Program-made: the position numbers and the translations under genes | Shown here: positions 57,306-64,000 of the stretch, piece after piece | Position numbering within the stretch: the stretch's first letter is position 1 | How the letters are laid out: every line of letters starts with the position of its first letter | DNA from: the human T2T-CHM13v2.0 reference genome, Homo sapiens | Strand: one strand, 5' to 3' | Length of the DNA stretch: 64,000 bases | NCBI RefSeq assembly: GCF_009914755.1 | Contig: NC_060933.1 | Notes under the pieces: generated by a model | What the model was told of the DNA's origin: nothing | Seen by the model: only the letters and a program-made list of their open reading frames with translations | Databases searched by the model: none

Positions 57306-57451
57306 TTACATTTAAGTGTTTCACTGAGTTCCGGCAGAGAAGAAGCTAAAGATTCAAAACAAAATGGAGGACTGATTCCAGTTCATTCTTTAAATCTTTT
57401 GCTGAAGAGTATTGGTGCCACACTGACAGATGTACAAGATGTAGTTTTTAA
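57306..57451 (+). CDS. VPS13A: VPS13A exon ~61 (146 nt)
   Basis: ttttag|TTA CAT...TTT AA|gtatgt; LHLSVSLSSGREEAKDSKQNGGLIPVHSLNLLLKSIGATLTDVQDVVF. Confidence 0.94.
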
Positions 57452-58633
57452 GTATGTTTAGTATTCAAATCTGTAAATTGATGGAAATATTTCTATTTTA
57501 TATGTCCCTAAAAATTTCGTAAATGAAAAAGTGTGTGAAGTACGTTGCAGATCATAGGCAAAATGAGGTTTTTGCATTCAAGTGAAGTGCAATCTGAATA
57601 ACACCAACGTATGATTTGCTAACCCCTAATTGCTAAATTACAGAATTATTAAACAATTTCCTTAAGAAAAAGAGTCATAGGCCATGCAAGTTTCACATTT
57701 TAAAAGATCTTTCTGGCTTAGGGAAGGATAGGATGTGTATGCCCAAAGATATGGTGCCTGAAATGTATGGATTTGAAGCTAATAGGAATAAGACTCTTCA
57801 AAGCATTTGCAACTAGAACAGAATGAATGCGATAATAGGGGAAATGAAAGGATCAACTTTAAGTGTTGTAATCAGGAATTTATATTTTAATATGAGTCAT
57901 AATGAAGCTTATAGAGTATCTGACCAAAGAGATTCAGAATGTCTGAGTTGAGACTTTAGAAGAGAATAACCCTTTCAAGTAGCATCTAGAATTGATTATT
58001 AAGAACAGTCGTAAGAATCAATAAGTCCAACACGAGGTAACACTGAACCTGAAGTTAGGTAAGTGTCAAATAAAAGTACACAGGTATGATGTTAGCAGAA
58101 ATAGTATTCTACTTAGCAACAAGAAGCATAGAGCTTTTCAGTTACTGTATCAGGTATATGCTATGGATGGGTTATAAGTAAGCTAATCTTAGTATATATT
58201 CTGTGAATGGAGTTATAAGTAAGCAGGCAAAACCTGCTGCAGCTGAACCTGGCCATTCGTGAGCAACCTCTTTATCAGTGTGTCAGACATTTTCTATGTG
58301 GGCCATGATAGGACAGAATTGGGAAATAAAGTTCTAGTGGTACATGAATGGGATTCACAGGATCTCAGAACTCTCGAATTTACATGAAAATTTATGTGTA
58401 CTGGTGACTTGTCTGAAGATAAGATCCATGTCTTTTATCAGATTCTTAGAAGGTTCTTTGATTAGGATATGCAGAGATGTATGTAAAAAGTAAATTTCCT
58501 GATTGGCATGGGAAAATGTACTAGAAGGAAAGGTTTGGAGAAAAGATTCTAAAGAAAATAAAGCCACTCATTAATATTAAAAATACTTTCTTCATACACA
58601 TGTACAGACAATATATTTTTACGCTTTTTTCAG

Positions 58634-58715
58634 GCTTGCATTTTTTGAACTCAACTATCAGTTCCATACAACATCCGATCTACAGTCTGAAGTCATAAGA
58701 CACTATTCAAAACAG
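58634..58715 (+). CDS. VPS13A: VPS13A exon ~62 (82 nt)
   Basis: tttcag|G CTT...AAA CAG|gtttgt; LAFFELNYQFHTTSDLQSEVIRHYSKQ. Confidence 0.93.
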
Positions 58716-59431
58716 GTTTGTCTAAGATTATATTACAGAGGGACAGAGTGATACAGACTGGTAAAACCTTTTGTGTCTATACATATATAATGTGGAACTA
58801 TTGAGGAACTAAATAGCCATTTTCAAATTATTAAAGCATGGGTATTTTCCTCAGAATTATAAAAAGAAATTAAGCTCAATCACTGTTTGAATTTTTTGTC
58901 CTTATATTTTTTAGCCACTGAGAGAAATTTTTTGTGGATCAGCAGGACTGGAAATAAATAAATCTTTAAATAAAATATTAACTAATTTATCACACTTAAT
59001 TAAAAAATGGGTTCATGGAAACTATTAGTAACTAACTGATGAACACGGGATATTTTTAGTGTAACTAGTTGTTAAGTCAGCCAGATGTATTTTTTTAACA
59101 GATGTTTTTCCACTTCTAGAGAGACTCTTGGGTTTTAGGATATAACTTAGAGTATCTGATATAGCTGTGGTATGACAGATCACTGAGCATGACTCAGGAG
59201 ATTTGGATTTCTCCCACTTTTGCCATATACCCACTATGTGACCCTGAGTATCATCTGACTTATATGTTTCTCCAATCTATAAAACGGTGGTGGTAATGAC
59301 AGTGGTCACAGATAATTGTAAAAGTGAAAGTATTTTAAATATTCTAGAGCTTTACATGAATATAATGTCATATTATTTTTAATACTATAATACCAAATTA
59401 CTTTTTAAAAGCTAAGAATAGCGATCAATAA

Positions 59432-59726
59432 GCCTGGCATGGTGGCTAACGCCTGTAATCCCAACACTTTGGGAGGCTGAGGCTGGTGGATCACTTGAGG
59501 CCAGGAGTTCGAGACCACCCTGGCCAACATGGCGAAACCCCATCTCTACTAAAATCACAAAAATTAGCCAGGCATGGTGGTGCATGCCTGTAGTCCCAGC
59601 TTGGGAGGAGGAGGCACAATAATTGCTTGAACCCGTGAGGCAGAGGTTGCAGTGAGCCGAGATGGCGCCACCGCATTCCAGCCTGGGCAACAGAGCAGGA
59701 CTGTCTCAAAAAGAAAAAGAAAAAAA
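59432..59726 (+). mobile_element. AluS/J
   Basis: sense Alu; degenerate TSD aaga.tag.gat.aataa. Confidence 0.9.
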
Positions 59727-59877
59727 AGAGTAGTGATTAATAAAATGAGATGGTTTAGGAGTTGAAATTGGCATTAAAGGTGTTGGCCTGAGAAAACTGG
59801 GCGTGTGTTTTAAATAATGTATAAGAAAAAATAGATCTAATTATCTGAATTGATTAATGTTCATATTTTATTTTTAG

Positions 59878-59991
59878 GCCATTAAGCAGATGTATGTACT
59901 CATTCTTGGACTTGATGTTTTGGGAAATCCATTTGGCTTAATTAGAGAATTTTCTGAAGGTGTAGAAGCATTTTTTTATGAACCTTACCAG
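59878..59991 (+). CDS. VPS13A: VPS13A exon ~63 (114 nt)
   Basis: ttttag|GCC...TAC CAG|gtaaaa; [38 protein letters not shown]. Confidence 0.95.
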
Positions 59992-60259
59992 GTAAAATAG
60001 TTATTTTTGTGGTTGTGCAATATGTCACTAATACTTTTGAATAGATAATACTTTTCTATTGTTAAGTTGAGTTAATAAGTGCAAACAGATTTTGGAACAC
60101 ACACAAAAGGACATCATTTTGCAGCAAACAATGGTAAGAGGTTTTGGGGGACATTTTTACCCTTTTCCTCAAAATTTAAACTTAAGATTTTGTTAAGCTA
60201 CGCTGAATTGTAAGTGTTCTCTTGGAATATAAAAGGTGGATAAAGTAGAAAGAAGATCA

Positions 60260-60800
60260 CCACATCTTGCTTTGCACAGTAGTGTGGAACTATAAAAATA
60301 ATCATGCAAACTGACACCTGGCCAAGCAATCTTAAAAATCAGTGGGAAAAATTATGATTGTTCTATGTCCTTTAAAACTTTTTCCCAAAAGACTCCTACT
60401 TCCACGTATAAATGTATAGGGAAATAAAAAATAAAGTTAACATTAATTTTGCACATTGTAATTAAAAACATTAAAAGCATTAAGAATTTTAAAGTGTTTA
60501 TTTGAAATTTTTATTAAAGACTTATCAAGAGTAGTTTGAACTGTGCTTGCATTTTGCTCATAAACTTACAATATGGACCAAGCACCTTTCTGTACTTTGG
60601 TGAGTTGCCGTACTCCTTTCTAAGGGTCAGCGTCTAACATTATATCCTTCACACTTTCAGCGTCCAGAAATATCCCTAGGAATTCTTTTAATGTGAAACT
60701 TTTTGCTGATATTACTTCCTCTGGGACAACATTATCCATTTTTGTTACTACCTCTTTCGTCGTATATATCCGTAAGCTCATCTTTAAAAGTGAATATAAC
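60260..60800 (-). mobile_element. Tigger-family transposon remnant
   Basis: minus-strand peptide VPEEVISAKSFTLKEFLGIFLDAESVKDIMLDADP resembles a Tigger transposase C-terminus; subfamily uncertain. Confidence 0.55.
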
Positions 60801-60835
60801 TCACTCACTCATTTATTTACTATTTGGCCCTTTAG

Positions 60836-60911
60836 GGAGCCATCCAGGGTCCTGAAGAGTTTGTGGAAGGAATGGCACTAGGACTTAAGGCACTAGTTGG
60901 TGGAGCTGTTG
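60836..60911 (+). CDS. VPS13A: VPS13A exon ~64 (76 nt)
   Basis: ctttag|GGA GCC...GTT G|gtaaga; GAIQGPEEFVEGMALGLKALVGGAV. Confidence 0.94.
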
Positions 60912-60993
60912 GTAAGAAACAGAATATCTACCAAGTATTTTTGTGCTAGAAAGTAATGGCATCATTACTTTTACTAAAGATAATTTCTGTCAG

Positions 60994-61157
60994 GTGGATT
61001 GGCTGGTGCTGCCTCCAAAATCACCGGTGCTATGGCTAAGGGGGTAGCAGCTATGACCATGGATGAAGACTACCAACAGAAGAGAAGAGAAGCCATGAAT
61101 AAGCAACCAGCTGGTTTTAGAGAAGGCATCACTCGTGGAGGAAAAGGCTTAGTTTCT
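60994..61157 (+). CDS. VPS13A: VPS13A exon ~65 (164 nt)
   Basis: tgtcag|GT GGA...GTT TCT|gtaaga; GLAGAASKITGAMAKGVAAMTMDEDYQQKRREAMNKQPAGFREGITRGGKGLVS. Confidence 0.95.
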
Positions 61158-61469
61158 GTAAGAAATTTCACAGGGTTGTGAAGATTTTGGGAAATATCTT
61201 TTAAACAAACCTACATTTGCGAATAAGGAAATAGACATGATTCTCACTCCTTAAATTATTATTTGGATATTTTAAGAGCAGTGGGTGGTAGCATATAAAA
61301 CATGTCAGTAGCCTCTAAAAACATTCTGTTTAAATAAAATACTTAGGAGATCTGTTAATTCTTATGCTATATAAAAAGCAGAACTCTGTATTTTTTGTGT
61401 AATCCAAACTTGGTTCTTCTAGGCATCATAAAAAAGTATTGTAAATTTTCAGTTGTGTTTTCCTTCTAG

Positions 61470-61515
61470 GGATTTGTTAGTGGCATAACAGGAATTGTTA
61501 CAAAACCAATCAAAG
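61470..61515 (+). CDS. VPS13A: VPS13A exon ~66 (46 nt), GC donor
   Basis: ttctag|GGA TTT...AAA G|gcaagt; GFVSGITGIVTKPIK; the GC donor keeps the frame, the nearby GT at 61520 does not. Confidence 0.9.
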
Positions 61516-61605
61516 GCAAGTATAGTAGTTCCTTTGCAAGTCTTTCTAAGTTGATTCTGTTTTCATTCTTGGATGCAATTGTCAAAAACTCTTTTTTCTT
61601 TCCAG

Positions 61606-61729
61606 GAGCTCAAAAAGGAGGAGCAGCTGGTTTCTTTAAAGGTGTTGGGAAAGGTTTAGTAGGAGCGGTAGCAAGGCCAACTGGAGGCATCATAGACATG
61701 GCTAGCAGTACATTTCAGGGAATAAAAAG
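61606..61729 (+). CDS. VPS13A: VPS13A exon ~67 (124 nt), ATG2_C-like Gly-rich helices
   Basis: ttccag|GA GCT...AAA AG|gtaaat; AQKGGAAGFFKGVGKGLVGAVARPTGGIIDMASSTFQGIK. Confidence 0.95.
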
Positions 61730-61820
61730 GTAAATCCTCTTTGGTGTAAGATATGAGTTAAAATGCTGAAGCCATGAGAAATGGAATTTATCTGCTCTTT
61801 GGCTTCAGGCATTTAGTTAT

Positions 61821-62180
61821 TGTCTTTGTTTTGTGCTGCTATAACATACCACATAATACCACAGACTGGGTAATTTATAATGAACAGAAATTTATTGGCT
61901 CACGGTTCTGAAAGTTAAGAAGTCCAAGATTGAGAGGCAACATCTGGCTAGGGCCTTTTTGCGGTGTCATCCCATGGCAGAAGGACAAAAAGAGGGCAAG
62001 AGAAGAAAAAAGGGAACCAAAGTCATCCTTTTATAAGGAACCCACTCCCACAGCAACAGTATTAATGCATTCATGGGGGCAGATCCTCATGGCCTAATTA
62101 CCTCTAATTAGGCCCCACCTCCTGGCTGGGGATAAAGTTTCCAACACATGCTCTTGGAGGGACACATTCAAACCATAGCA
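61821..62180 (-). mobile_element. MST-family (MaLR) solo LTR
   Basis: TG...CA termini, 5-bp TSD gtta(t/c), ends 'ggacacattcaaaccatagca'. Confidence 0.8.
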
Positions 62181-62234
62181 GTTACCAGCACTACAATATG
62201 GCAGGTTGCATATGGTCTTCCTAATTCATTTTGA

Positions 62235-64000
<1,766 letters not shown>

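Overview
This is primate genomic DNA, very probably human chr9q21, covering the internal part of VPS13A (chorein; a bridge-like lipid transfer protein and the chorea-acanthocytosis gene) on the + strand. I located 32 consecutive coding exons totalling 4,963 nt. They splice into one uninterrupted reading frame with consistent phases at every junction. They correspond to exons 36-67 (about c.4115-9077, aa ~1372-3026); this numbering is recalled from the reference transcript and was not checked here. The exons encode the end of the lipid-groove region, the WEPLLEP motif, six VAB repeats, a WWE-like segment, the APT1 region and the Gly-rich ATG2_C helices. One intron is GC-AG. The introns carry typical primate repeats (Alu, L1, L2, MIR, MER44, MER1B, Tigger1, Tigger4, MER47, THE1, MST). 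There are no prokaryote-type systems, CRISPR arrays or recognisable RNA genes, and I found no new gene system. The most notable oddities are: (i) several locally templated copies, including a ~150-bp inverted copy that brackets exons 51-52 and a perfect 56-bp copy of exon 54 sequence 1.1 kb downstream; (ii) a tiny L1-mobilised HERV-W (LTR17) retrocopy with TATA box, poly(A) signal, poly(A) tail and 17-bp TSD, in sense orientation; (iii) a young L1 with a twin-priming inversion. Repeat subfamily names come from recalled consensus sequences, not from a RepeatMasker run.
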